Of a DNA stretch of 64,000 nt, positions 1 to 9,049 are shown piece after piece; position 1 is the stretch's first letter, and the number at the start of each line of letters is the position of its first letter. The position numbers and the translations under genes were made by a program. Under the pieces are notes generated by a model, which was not told the DNA's origin, did not search any database, and saw nothing but the letters and a program-made list of their open reading frames with translations. The DNA comes from a virus (Duplodnaviria > Heunggongvirae > Uroviricota > Caudoviricetes): IMG/VR virus record IMGVR_UViG_3300027777_000022; one strand, 5' to 3'.

Positions 1-176
1 GTTTCACGCACAGCAGTATCTGTGGCTTCTTCAAATGCTTCTTCCAGGCTTAATGCCGACAGCATGGCACGAACAGTGTTCTGAGACAGTTGATGCACTC
101 TGGCAACCATCACAATGCCTTGGATGGCTTGATTGCCAGCGTCAGTAAACATGCCATAATCTTGTGTTTTAACCAT
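1..176 (-). CDS. hypothetical protein, C-terminus lies beyond window start
   Basis: Minus-strand ORF starting at ATG 176-174 (MVKTQDYGMFTDAGNQ...) and running off the window; consensus promoter 206-234 sits upstream. Confidence 0.4.
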   Translation of the reverse strand, partial: MVKTQDYGMFTDAGNQAIQGIVMVARVHQLSQNTVRAMLSALSLEEAFEEATDTAVRE

Positions 177-205
177 TTTTGGTCCTTTTTGCTGCGTATA
201 TGAGT

Positions 206-234
206 ATTATAGCACTAGGCTGGAATCCGGTCAA
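206..234 (-). promoter_or_regulatory. sigma70-like promoter TTGACC-N17-TATAAT
   Basis: Minus strand: -35 TTGACC (plus 229-234), 17-nt spacer, -10 TATAAT (plus 206-211). Confidence 0.55.
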
Positions 235-349
235 CCAAAATCTCTGCAGAAATCAGCTTTCCACCGTATGCTTGCACGTAAGTTTCGGCTACTGCACGGA
301 TAAAAAACGTAAGAACATGACCTTTTGCTGTGATAACTGTGTACTGCAT
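215..349 (-). CDS. small hypothetical protein (44 aa; internal start of ORF 215..418)
   Basis: The upstream promoter -10 falls inside ORF 215..418, so the first Met is unlikely to be the start. Met at 349 (MQYTVITAKG...) is preceded by AAGGA 8 nt upstream. Confidence 0.25.
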   Translation of the reverse strand: MQYTVITAKGHVLTFFIRAVAETYVQAYGGKLISAEILVDRIPA

Positions 350-374
350 GTGGTGTTCCTTGTTGCTTATGTGA

Positions 375-403
375 CTATTATAGCAGTTTGAGAAATAGCG
401 GTC
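375..403 (-). promoter_or_regulatory. sigma70-like promoter TTGACC-N17-TATAAT
   Basis: Minus strand: -35 TTGACC (plus 398-403), 17-nt spacer, -10 TATAAT (plus 375-380). Confidence 0.55.
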
Positions 404-457
404 AACCTGAAATACCACACAAAAAGTGTGGTATTTTCACAACAAAAATTGTTTAAA

Positions 458-626
458 TTACAGGAGTTCTGTCAGAAGATTTCTGACGTGGAGCAGCTTG
501 ACGACTGATGAGATCAGCTTGGATCATGAGTCTGCGTATCTCACCGCGATATTGCGGATCTACGATAATTGCTAGTTGACGTTTGATGTTTTTGGGCATG
601 CGGTAGTTTGCGTTGGGTTTGATCAT
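458..626 (-). CDS. small basic hypothetical protein (55 aa)
   Basis: ORF below the 60-aa cutoff of the track: MIKPNANYRMPKNIKRQLAIIVDPQYRGEIRR... Its ATG overlaps the stop of the upstream 572-aa gene (ATGA). Lys/Arg rich. Confidence 0.3.
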
Positions 627-2341
627 TTGGTTCCTGCTGTGGGTTTTTTTGCTGCTATAGCTCTGTCTAATATTTGATCTATTTTCTTTTGCATATCTGG
701 GGGTAGTGCGTGATATGTATCCTGGTCGGGTACCAGCTTGTTAATTTCGTCGACCAAGCGGTTAAATTCAGCCTGGTCTGCTGCGTCCATGGTTTTTGGC
801 GCTGTCAAATCTTTCCATGCTTCATAACCCTGATATCCACCATACCCAAGAGCACCATATCCGGCAACAGTAGCAGTTGGTTTTACAAAAGTTTTCACTC
901 CCCATTTTGCAACCGGTTTGATCACATGTTGTACAGCCGCAGCGCCCAGCCCTTCGCTAATTATGTCACGATCACGTGCCATTTGTTCGCTTAGTGTTCT
1001 GGGTTCACGACTTTCAAAATTACTTTTCTTTAGTAATTTATCAAGTTTGTCTACTGTGTCTTTGAGGGCAGGCGGCGGCACTTTGTTTGCAGTAGCAGGT
1101 GTAGAAGCCTGTACAGGAGCAGAAGCTGGTGCAGTTGGTGTTGCAGTTGGTGTATCATATCCTGTATCCACAGCTAGATCGTGCAAATCTTTAAAGGCAA
1201 TTGCTACTCGATTTTGTATGTCTGGGGGCAAGGTATTTGCAATCTTGGGATCTTTCATAAAACTCATAACCACTGCAAGATTCTGTTTGACCACAGCTTG
1301 ATCTGCATCATTCATACCTTCAAGATTATCAGAATCTTTGTATGCATCATACAGCATGCTACCTATATCCCAAATAGTATATGCTGTGGCTGCAAGGCCT
1401 ACCAGTGGAGAAAGTGGGCCTGACGCCGCTGTAATTCCTGCTTTGGCCGCTGTTCGGGCCCCTAATCCAGGCAACTTAGAAACAATTTTTTGTCCGATCC
1501 TGGCTGCCCACCCTGATGGCTTCAATTCTACGGCCTTTGCAAGTTCTACTGGAGCACCGCTAGGCTTGTTGAATCTATCGTATATGGAAGAAGGTTGCGC
1601 TGGCTTGGTTGATAAGGCACGACTAGAATCTAGATTTGCTTGTGCAGCTTTTTGTAAACGTATGCGTTTTTGTTCGGGGGATTCATTGGGATTTGCTACT
1701 GCTGGTGCTGCCACATCTGGAGGAATGCTCTGCGCAATGCGATCCTGGTATTCTTTTGCGCTCAACCGAGGGTCAGCTTCGTAGATCTGGCTTTCGGAAA
1801 CTTTGGTATTGCCTTTATACTTCTTGATGATAGTTTCGATAGCACTCAGCGCAGAGATCAACTTGCTGGTATCCACAGCTGGGGTTGAAGCTTGTGCAGC
1901 AGATGCACCGCTGAGATCAGCATATTTGGCAGAGATGGCAGGGTACTTGATCATTGCAGCCTGGGTCAACGGACCTATATCGCCATCTATGCCGTCTTGA
2001 TTGGCACCAGTTCTTCCTAAGGCAGCACCTGCTGCCGACAACTCGCGTTGTAATTGTTTGATGCGTGAAGTATCACCATTACCACCACTTTGAGCAACAG
2101 GTGCAGGTTGAATGTCGTTACCAGCTACAAATTGATGTTGTAACTGCCGATGTTGACTTTGTGGTGTGCCACACACTGCACAGCGTGGTTCACTCCCGCC
2201 GGTCATTTGTCGATTTAGGTTGGCAATGGCATCATCATTACTGAATGTCCCAGAACTTGGTAATGCCACAGTGGTATTGGGTGGTACTAGATCTGCCTCA
2301 TTCAAGAGGTCAAGGTACCGGCGAAATTGATTAGTGCTCAT
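623..2341 (-). CDS. hypothetical large protein (572 aa), Ala/Pro/Thr/Gln-rich low-complexity segments; possible structural/internal protein
   Basis: Long uninterrupted minus ORF; plus-strand ORFs inside it are antisense artefacts. No catalytic motif recognised. Confidence 0.55.
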   Translation of the reverse strand: MSTNQFRRYLDLLNEADLVPPNTTVALPSSGTFSNDDAIANLNRQMTGGSEPRCAVCGTPQSQHRQLQHQFVAGNDIQPAPVAQSGGNGDTSRIKQLQRELSAAGAALGRTGANQDGIDGDIGPLTQAAMIKYPAISAKYADLSGASAAQASTPAVDTSKLISALSAIETIIKKYKGNTKVSESQIYEADPRLSAKEYQDRIAQSIPPDVAAPAVANPNESPEQKRIRLQKAAQANLDSSRALSTKPAQPSSIYDRFNKPSGAPVELAKAVELKPSGWAARIGQKIVSKLPGLGARTAAKAGITAASGPLSPLVGLAATAYTIWDIGSMLYDAYKDSDNLEGMNDADQAVVKQNLAVVMSFMKDPKIANTLPPDIQNRVAIAFKDLHDLAVDTGYDTPTATPTAPASAPVQASTPATANKVPPPALKDTVDKLDKLLKKSNFESREPRTLSEQMARDRDIISEGLGAAAVQHVIKPVAKWGVKTFVKPTATVAGYGALGYGGYQGYEAWKDLTAPKTMDAADQAEFNRLVDEINKLVPDQDTYHALPPDMQKKIDQILDRAIAAKKPTAGTK

Positions 2342-2375
2342 GTAGATATTTATCTTTTTTCATGAGCACCAGATT

Positions 2376-2609
2376 TCAGTATTTCCTGTGATGGCTTTTG
2401 CTCACAATATCTTGCGGTTTGTACAGCCAACTGCGATCCACGTGACCCTGCTCAATTTCGCGCAGGGCAGTGACTGCATGACTGGATACTTTGGTCACTT
2501 TGGGTCGGTCTCCACGTGCTAGTTCTCGCGCTCGACGTGCTGCGATCAGTACCAATTCGTAACGATTGCCGATCATTTCTGCTGCAAGTTGACTGGTAAT
2601 TCGTGCCAT
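2376..2609 (-). CDS. rpoZ: DNA-directed RNA polymerase omega subunit homolog
   Basis: [31 protein letters not shown]...ALREIEQG aligns closely by eye with E. coli RpoZ ([30 protein letters not shown]...ALREIEEG). GGAG sits 6 nt upstream of Met at 2609. Confidence 0.7.
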   Translation of the reverse strand: MARITSQLAAEMIGNRYELVLIAARRARELARGDRPKVTKVSSHAVTALREIEQGHVDRSWLYKPQDIVSKSHHRKY

Positions 2610-2667
2610 ATAGTTCTCCAATGTTGATGATTTATACAGTATACAACATCGTATTCACAAAGTCAAG

Positions 2668-2910
2668 TTAAAACTCTTTCAATTTGGCAATATCTCGGTG
2701 CTTGACTATGATGATGTTGCGGATCATGCCTTCATGTTTGATCGGAAGATCCAGGTGAATTGAGATTCTAGGCCCGGTGTTGTCAATCACAGTATCGTTG
2801 CCCACAGTACCAACAAATGGGATCTGGTTCCAGCGTCCAAACACACGATCACCAATCCAGTACTTGGGTTGATATCCAATGCGTTCAAAGTATTCAGTTT
2901 GTTTGCCCAT
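2668..2910 (-). CDS. hypothetical protein (80 aa)
   Basis: ORF immediately downstream of promoter 2914-2942; the predicted transcription start lies at or near the ATG, so the transcript may be leaderless. Confidence 0.35.
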   Translation of the reverse strand: MGKQTEYFERIGYQPKYWIGDRVFGRWNQIPFVGTVGNDTVIDNTGPRISIHLDLPIKHEGMIRNIIIVKHRDIAKLKEF

Positions 2911-2913
2911 GCT

Positions 2914-2942
2914 AGTATATAGTGATCAAAAATAACAGTCAA
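2914..2942 (-). promoter_or_regulatory. sigma70-like promoter TTGACT-N17-TATACT
   Basis: Minus strand: -35 TTGACT (plus 2937-2942), 17-nt spacer, -10 TATACT (plus 2914-2919). Confidence 0.45.
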
Positions 2943-2945
2943 AAG

Positions 2946-2975
2946 AAAGCCCGCCAAAGCGGGCTTCTGTTATTT
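2946..2975. terminator. bidirectional rho-independent terminator
   Basis: GCCCGC-caaa-GCGGGC stem with T-runs on both strands (plus ...cttctgttatttt; minus ...ttttctttt). Confidence 0.6.
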
Positions 2976-3350
2976 TCTGTTACGAGGTATAACTACCCTA
3001 AGCTGAGTTTAGGCAGCTAAGGCAAAAAGTTCGTCATTTGCATTTACGTTTTTTGTGTCTCCAACTGTGCTCCGTCTTTCTATGCTATGTGCATAGCGAC
3101 CTAAGTTACCACAATCCTAACGGCTTCTACATTGCCGGACAGTCCATTTCCGTACTCTTGACTCAATCGATCCTGTGTCATCCCCATCAGAAACAGTCTT
3201 GTATATGAATGCACTATGGACTTATAACATATGACCCAAACTGCTTATGGTGGAGATGTCGGGCACTGCCCCCGAGTCTTGAATCCTTTTCTGTCTACTT
3301 CATACCATCATACGTTACATTGTAACAGAGTATTTATAATCTGTCAACAA

Positions 3351-3962
3351 TCAAGATGTCAACATTTCATTGATATACGCATAGTGAGGTATGCGCTCAA
3401 TCACCGCAACCATTTCCAAACATCCGGTGCTGTGTGTAAATGCCGATAGTGAATAATCAAACCCAGCATCATTGTCGTACATTTCTCGCAAGCGCCATTG
3501 TCCAAATGGCAGTGCTCTTTCAATTTCCAACAACAAGGTGCTGGGCATGTAAAACTTCAAATGCTCGCCGCTGTATCTGCTGGGCATGATCATTTTCTTT
3601 TCGTACAATTGCTGATGAGGTACTACCACAACTAAAAATCCACCCACTCGCAGCACACGAAACCAGTCGGCCAACGCTGCTGCTGGATTGGGCAAGTGTT
3701 CTAGGCAATGACTGGAATACACAGTGTCTTGACTGGCATCTGGAAAAGGCAAATGTACACCATCATATCCTGGATAATGTTGATCAATACCAATGGCATT
3801 GTCGGTGATGGGCAATGCACCGTTGCCGCCTGCATATCCAATTTCAATAGTGTTATCACCGCTGAAATAGCGTTGCATGAAACCTGATTCAATCAGAGAA
3901 CGATAGCTTTTACTGGTTTCGGACCCCACGTGTCGATTAGGATCAAATGTTTTTGTTTGCAT
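3351..3962 (-). CDS. class I SAM-dependent methyltransferase
   Basis: Methyltransf_11-like region: CLEHLPNPAAALADWFRVLRVGGFLVVVVP. Confidence 0.65.
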   Translation of the reverse strand: MQTKTFDPNRHVGSETSKSYRSLIESGFMQRYFSGDNTIEIGYAGGNGALPITDNAIGIDQHYPGYDGVHLPFPDASQDTVYSSHCLEHLPNPAAALADWFRVLRVGGFLVVVVPHQQLYEKKMIMPSRYSGEHLKFYMPSTLLLEIERALPFGQWRLREMYDNDAGFDYSLSAFTHSTGCLEMVAVIERIPHYAYINEMLTS

Positions 3963-3964
3963 AG

Positions 3965-5377
3965 TTAGAGAACAGTTTTTAATTTTTTAATCACATCATC
4001 CACTGAGAATCTGTTTGTGCATTCGTCGTCGCCGCGCACACATTCATATCTGGTAACAGGTGCTGGTTGATTCTCCACACATCCATAACATTCAATGTCA
4101 CTGGCGATACCAATGAATGGAGCATTACGATTTCGTGGGGCTCGGTATTGAGATTTTACACTGGTAAACAATCCAATAATAGGAGTGTTAGTAGTTGCTG
4201 CTATGTGCATGGGTCCGCCGTCGACACCAATAAAGGCTCTTGCCCGCGATATAAGTGCAGCGGTCTGATGCAAACTTAAATGTCTAGTTAGATCATACAG
4301 TAGACCATCTATAGTACCAAACGTGTGATCACCCTTGCTGCCAATTTGCACAACTGCATGACCAGTCTGACTGAAAATTTCGTTCATGAGATCAATATGA
4401 AAAATTCTTGGTAAGTTGCGACTGGTCCAGGGGTGATGCCTTTGATGTACAACCACAAACTTCTCTGGCAATCCAACTTGTGCAAGGAACGCATGATGCT
4501 CTGGTTGCACAAACAATTCTGTATGTAGATCAGTTGTGGCAGGATCAATTCCGGCTCTGGCAGCATAGGCATCTATGGTATGCATGCGAGGATTGAGCTC
4601 ATATGCCATTTCCAGATCAACCACTAGATCATACCGACTTCTATCAAATTGATCAGCTGGCGCAGCATATCTTATGTGATGGCTACCACTAAACACGTAA
4701 AAATCGTTTGTGGCCACGTCAACGGCTGCTTGTGGATGACGTTGCTTTAATGCACGTACAATGCCAGTGGCCATGATCACATCACCTAGTGCAGCTGGTC
4801 TAATAACCAGTATGTTTTTAATTTCAACACGTCGGTCAACAATGATATAACCTTCTTCGTTTAGTACGAGGCTAACATTTGCATCTGGAAATATCTCATG
4901 CACAAATTGATACCCGCCGGGCACTTGTAACCATTCAGTATTGCCATGTTCGAATTCAGCTATGGTATAGATCCTGGCATCATCACAGATGATGATATCG
5001 TTTGCATTGGGCCGATATTTCTTTATTAGCCGTAGCTCTTGTTCCAACGGCACTGCATCTGGTGCAGATACATCGTATGGTTTACCACGATAATCGCTGC
5101 CCGGAAAGTGTGCATCAAGAAAAAACAAAACAGTTTGATCTGATGGCAAGTCGTCTTTAAGCCACTGTTCTAGTGCTGCGGTAGACAGCCCATGTGCAAT
5201 AGTCGCAGATGGAAATCTGCTTCTTGCGCTGGACACACAGTCCAGATCCATATCTACCGAATAGCATTTTTTAAAATGCGGAATGGCCTTTGACAAAGTA
5301 CCGCCGACTCCTGTACCGGTTTCGACATAAACATCACACTTGTAATTGGCAAGATCGAAGTCTCTTAGGGTTCCCAT
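3965..5377 (-). CDS. bifunctional protein: N-terminal SAM methyltransferase-like domain fused to GT9 heptosyltransferase-like domain
   Basis: N-terminus has DVYVETGTGVGGTL (methyltransferase motif I-like). C-terminus has ILVIRPAALGDVIMATG ... IGVDGGPMHIAATTNTPIIGLF, typical of the GT9 RfaF/WaaC family. Confidence 0.65.
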   Translation of the reverse strand: MGTLRDFDLANYKCDVYVETGTGVGGTLSKAIPHFKKCYSVDMDLDCVSSARSRFPSATIAHGLSTAALEQWLKDDLPSDQTVLFFLDAHFPGSDYRGKPYDVSAPDAVPLEQELRLIKKYRPNANDIIICDDARIYTIAEFEHGNTEWLQVPGGYQFVHEIFPDANVSLVLNEEGYIIVDRRVEIKNILVIRPAALGDVIMATGIVRALKQRHPQAAVDVATNDFYVFSGSHHIRYAAPADQFDRSRYDLVVDLEMAYELNPRMHTIDAYAARAGIDPATTDLHTELFVQPEHHAFLAQVGLPEKFVVVHQRHHPWTSRNLPRIFHIDLMNEIFSQTGHAVVQIGSKGDHTFGTIDGLLYDLTRHLSLHQTAALISRARAFIGVDGGPMHIAATTNTPIIGLFTSVKSQYRAPRNRNAPFIGIASDIECYGCVENQPAPVTRYECVRGDDECTNRFSVDDVIKKLKTVL

Positions 5378-5520
5378 TGTTTATTTTTTCTTTCGTACTA
5401 CACGTTTGGCCATGGCTTTCATGGTCTTGGGTTTTGGTGGCTTTTTGCCATTGAGGATTTGACTTGCTCTACGTGGACTTGGCATTGCTATCTCCTTGAT
5501 TGTGTTACTTAGTGATGCAC

Positions 5521-5595
5521 TGGTGCTCCCAACAAGAATTGAACTTGTAGCTCGTCCTTACCAAGGACGTGTATTGCCATTATACTATAGGAGCG
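5521..5595 (-). tRNA. tRNA-Thr(GGT)
   Basis: Hand-folded cloverleaf: acceptor GCTCCTA, anticodon arm CGTCC-TTGGTAA-GGACG, T-arm GTTCAATTC, CCA encoded. Confidence 0.6.
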
Positions 5596-5670
5596 TGGTC
5601 TCTGCGACCAGAATTGAACTGATATTTCGTCTTTAGGAGAGACTGGTTCTATCCATTGAACTACGCAGAG
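5596..5670 (-). tRNA. tRNA-Arg(CCT)
   Basis: Acceptor CTCTGCG/CGCAGAG, anticodon loop CTCCTAA, T-loop TTCAATT, CCA encoded. Confidence 0.55.
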
Positions 5671-5712
5671 ATTTAAAAATCTGATGCACGGTGAAATAAA
5701 TATACATACATT

Positions 5713-6519
5713 ATGTCTAAACTAACTAACTTTCCCACTGTGAACTATATCACTCTATACGAGAACGTGGCCCGTATGGAGTTTATGAATGAGCAGTTGG
5801 CTAGATATGGTATCCGTTATGTGCCATGCTTAAATCATAGATACACCACATTCCAGCATACGATCAATATCACGTGGCCCAACATTATCAGAGAGGACAC
5901 TGAAATATTTCGAGGATTTAGCCATCCGGGAACAGTGATCAGTTATCTAACTGCAATGCGAAATTGGTATGACACCACCAGCGAAGAATATGCAATATTC
6001 TGTGATGACGACATGAGTTTTGAAAGCATTGATCATTGGAGTTTTACCTGGCAAGAATTCTTAGATATGTTACCCAATGATTGGGAATGTGTGCAACTTG
6101 TGCGTATCAACAATTGGATACCAGGCCTGATCAACAATGGATTCAAAGTTGAAGTACCGTCACTGAGTATGAGAGTAAAGGAATGGGATGACTTTGGTGG
6201 TGCTGGACTGTTCAAACGTGCCTACGTCAAAAAAATACTAGATCGACATTGGATAAGTCCTTTGGATTTTAATTTTGAAATACCAAGCCGATACGACCCG
6301 GGATTCTTTTACTATGCCACAATTGAAAATGTGTTGTTTAGTCATCTTGCTGATTCAGCAGTATACAATGTTCCGCTGTTGATGGAAAAACCCTTCCCCT
6401 CAACCTTAGACGTTCCGCAAGCAGTATATTCACACTTGAAATCTTATGAGTATTATTCCGCACTATGGAAGCTGTATGGGCAAGATCTTCCACTGTCGGT
6501 GTTCATGAATCTCAGTTGA
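5713..6519 (+). CDS. glycosyltransferase family 25-like (LPS glycosyltransferase-like)
   Basis: RGFSHPGTVISYLTAMRNW...EYAIFCDDDMSF...DWECVQL fits the GT25 pattern (S-H...EDD...dwD). One of only three plus-strand genes in the window. Confidence 0.4.
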   Translation: MSKLTNFPTVNYITLYENVARMEFMNEQLARYGIRYVPCLNHRYTTFQHTINITWPNIIREDTEIFRGFSHPGTVISYLTAMRNWYDTTSEEYAIFCDDDMSFESIDHWSFTWQEFLDMLPNDWECVQLVRINNWIPGLINNGFKVEVPSLSMRVKEWDDFGGAGLFKRAYVKKILDRHWISPLDFNFEIPSRYDPGFFYYATIENVLFSHLADSAVYNVPLLMEKPFPSTLDVPQAVYSHLKSYEYYSALWKLYGQDLPLSVFMNLS

Positions 6520-6594
6520 TGGTGGGCCCTGCAAGAATCGAACTTGCATCTTGAGTTTCGAAGACTCGGATTCTATCCATTGAACTAAGAGCCC
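6520..6594 (-). tRNA. tRNA-Arg(TCG)
   Basis: Acceptor GGGCTCT/AGGGCCC, anticodon loop CTTCGAA, T-arm GCAAG-TTCGATT-CTTGC, CCA encoded. Confidence 0.55.
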
Positions 6595-6611
6595 TGGCTA
6601 AAATTTTTACT

Positions 6612-8063
6612 TCAATCTAAAGTTTTATCTGCAATGAGTTCAAACAATCTTTTTTTATATTCTGAAAAAAACAAAATTGAATGTACATGAGGTCTATGTG
6701 TATGCCATAGAGATGTAGTTGATATCTGTTTATAATTCATATGAAACATGGTAGCAAGTTTTTGAGCTTTATCAGAATTAAGTTCATTATTTTCCCACGA
6801 TAATGCAAAAGGATTTTCATTGGTTACTGCTCGATATCCAAATTTTTTATAATCTTTAGTAATTTTACTTTCAAATACCAAGCCATTTTCTTTTTTACCA
6901 ATGATCAATGGACGAACTACAACTGTGTCTAGTTTTATTTCATGCGAAATTAACGCATCTAATGTACGTCTAATAGATTCTTCAGATTCGTAAGGAGTAC
7001 CAATGATAAAACTTCCATGTAAGTGAATGTCTGGATAAGTTTCTTTAATGTGCGATATCATTGCTATTTGATTTTCTCTATTGTATCCTTTACCTATAGC
7101 CAATCCAGACTTTCTGTCAAGTGTTTCAATTCCAAACATCATTTTTCTTATTCCGATGTCATATAACATCTGCATTGTGTTAGGGTGCGTACATATTAAA
7201 TCTAATCTGGCATAACACCAAAATTCTGGTTTGAATGGCAATCCTATTATAACTTCTCGTATTTGTATTAATTTATCAACCGAATCATTGAAAGTATCAT
7301 CTGTTATATAATACTGAGTTATACCATAGTTATTAAAATTATATAATAACTCGTCTGCTATTATTTCTGATTCTTTAATAAAATCTAGCTTTTTCTTTCC
7401 GTTCATTGGGTAAGAACAAAATGCACAACTAAATATGCACCCTCTACCAATTTCAATAGGCAATATGGTGTTATTAACTACGTCTTCGGGTAACCATGTC
7501 ATTGAGTCGGTGGTAAATTTATATCCCTCTGCCAGTACATTATTAATAATAATTTTGTTATTGATAATATTTCTATAACTATTTTTTAATGGAGCATTGT
7601 CTTTTACATGATCAACTAAATTTACTATATTTGCTTCTGCATATCCTAATACCAAAAAATCAGCATATTTGCATTTTAAATCTGCACAAATCATTGGACC
7701 ACCAACAGTTATTTTTACCTTATGGTTTAGTCGTTTGATGTGGTAAAAAATTTGATCATCAAATTCAGCTCCTTGGGGGAACAAATTAAAATTTTCCGCA
7801 AGCAAGTCAACTTTTTTAGTGTTTAAAATATTATAGAATGTTGTACTGAACCCAATCAAGTAAGTGTTATCACCTACAGTTGTGTCTAGTAATTTACAAA
7901 TTTCATCAACTGTAAATTTTGAAGTATGGTGTACTACTAAACATGAGTATCCACTTTTCCGAAGGGTATTTGCTAATTTATATGCACCAATTCCGGGCGA
8001 TAGTACGTTATCATCTTGGATTGTAATTACATCAGTGAAAAGAATAACATTATATTTTGACAT
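6612..8063 (-). CDS. B12-binding domain / radical SAM protein
   Basis: CIFSCAFCSY (CxxxCxxC) preceded by an N-terminal Rossmann-like B12-binding-type segment (MSKYNVILFTD...). Confidence 0.65.
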   Translation of the reverse strand: MSKYNVILFTDVITIQDDNVLSPGIGAYKLANTLRKSGYSCLVVHHTSKFTVDEICKLLDTTVGDNTYLIGFSTTFYNILNTKKVDLLAENFNLFPQGAEFDDQIFYHIKRLNHKVKITVGGPMICADLKCKYADFLVLGYAEANIVNLVDHVKDNAPLKNSYRNIINNKIIINNVLAEGYKFTTDSMTWLPEDVVNNTILPIEIGRGCIFSCAFCSYPMNGKKKLDFIKESEIIADELLYNFNNYGITQYYITDDTFNDSVDKLIQIREVIIGLPFKPEFWCYARLDLICTHPNTMQMLYDIGIRKMMFGIETLDRKSGLAIGKGYNRENQIAMISHIKETYPDIHLHGSFIIGTPYESEESIRRTLDALISHEIKLDTVVVRPLIIGKKENGLVFESKITKDYKKFGYRAVTNENPFALSWENNELNSDKAQKLATMFHMNYKQISTTSLWHTHRPHVHSILFFSEYKKRLFELIADKTLD

Positions 8064-8260
8064 GTTTTATTTATCAAAGAAAAACCCTACCGTATGTAAC
8101 AACTTCTCAGAGTGGCAGTTACACAGAGGGCAGGGCCGTGTTATCCGATGGAGTGAAGTTTATACCCGGCCTTTCCTCCAGCTCAAATAAAACATAAGTG
8201 TCCTTTGTTATTCTTATGTTTATTTATATTAGTTCGACGCTTGTGCGCGAACTCAAGGGC

Positions 8261-8348
8261 GGAGAGCAGAGGAGTCGAACCCCATCCCATTTCTGAGAAC
8301 CTGGTTTTCAAGGCCAGTCGCAGGACCATCCCCGCTGCATTACTCTCC
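8261..8348 (-). tRNA. class II tRNA-Ser(TGA)-like, 3' CCA not encoded
   Basis: Acceptor GGAGAGT/GCTCTCC fully paired, D-stem GCAG/CTGC, anticodon loop CTTGAAA, long variable arm, T-loop TTCGACT. 3' tail is GCC, not NCCA, unlike the other tRNAs here. Confidence 0.45.
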
Positions 8349-8492
8349 AAATTGGTGGGATTCGTTTTGAGGCCGGTCCCGGTGAGTAGATCACTACTGC
8401 CTGTTACATCGCATTATTGTACTATTGCTTGCCCAAGGATTTACCGCGGTACCTTGTGACTCATACTGGCGAATGTAACTTCGCCGCTGCTC

Positions 8493-8567
8493 TGGAGCGG
8501 GCAACGAGAATCGAACTCGTGACTTAACTTTGGCAAAGTTATGTGTTACCACTAGCACTATGCCCGC
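8493..8567 (-). tRNA. tRNA-Gly(GCC)
   Basis: Acceptor GCGGGCA/TGCCCGC, anticodon arm TAACT-TTGCCAA-AGTTA, T-loop TTCGATT, CCA encoded. Confidence 0.65.
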
Positions 8568-8602
8568 TTATGTTGTTATTATATATTGAATCTTGAATCA
8601 AG

Positions 8603-9001
8603 TCAAGAGTTTTGTTCTTGGCTGGCACAGTTTGGGCACAGCATTTTCAAATTGTTAGGTGCATTGTTGTCTGGATTGCCATCCATGTGATACATCACAA
8701 ACTTCAACGGCTTGTTCATGTAGCTGGTTATGTCACAGCACTCACATTGTTGTTCACGTACCTGGGCAGCGTCAGACGCTTTTTGCTGTCGGTATTCTTC
8801 TACCACGTCATTGACCTTGACTGCCACTGGTACTGTTTCCATAACCTTGGCCAACTGCTGTACTTCAAACGGAACCAATGAGTTTCTTGCTGCCTCTGAT
8901 GCCTGGCACCGGGTACTGCAAAACCCAGGTGTACGCCGCTCTTGAGACCAAAGATACCGATTTCTACAATGTTCACAGTAATAGGGTTGATGCACAGTCA
9001 T
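8603..9001 (-). CDS. HNH endonuclease
   Basis: C-terminal HMDGNPDNNAPNNLKMLCPNC (H-N-H with flanking Cys pairs); N-terminal CxxC zinc ribbon. Confidence 0.7.
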   Translation of the reverse strand: MTVHQPYYCEHCRNRYLWSQERRTPGFCSTRCQASEAARNSLVPFEVQQLAKVMETVPVAVKVNDVVEEYRQQKASDAAQVREQQCECCDITSYMNKPLKFVMYHMDGNPDNNAPNNLKMLCPNCASQEQNS

Positions 9002-9049
9002 ATAGTATTTATTCTAAATATGGATGCTGCGGCCCAATAAATATTTGCC

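Noticed and set aside
215-418. ORF 215..418 (-) as called from its first Met, and overlapping plus ORF 179..391
   Set aside because: A consensus promoter -10 lies inside the 5' part of the minus ORF, and the plus ORF overlaps two promoter cassettes. Only the downstream Met (215..349) is kept, at low confidence.
710-2000. Plus-strand ORFs 710..994, 918..1301, 1181..1423, 1338..1784, 1636..1827, 1670..1888 and 1803..2000
   Set aside because: All lie antisense inside the long minus-strand gene 623..2341. They have low-complexity translations and there is no plus-strand promoter context; I treat them as shadow ORFs.
8205-8459. Plus ORF 8205..8459 (84 aa)
   Set aside because: It overlaps a tRNA-like gene and hairpin-rich noncoding DNA, with Arg/Leu/Pro-rich translation typical of GC-rich noncoding sequence.
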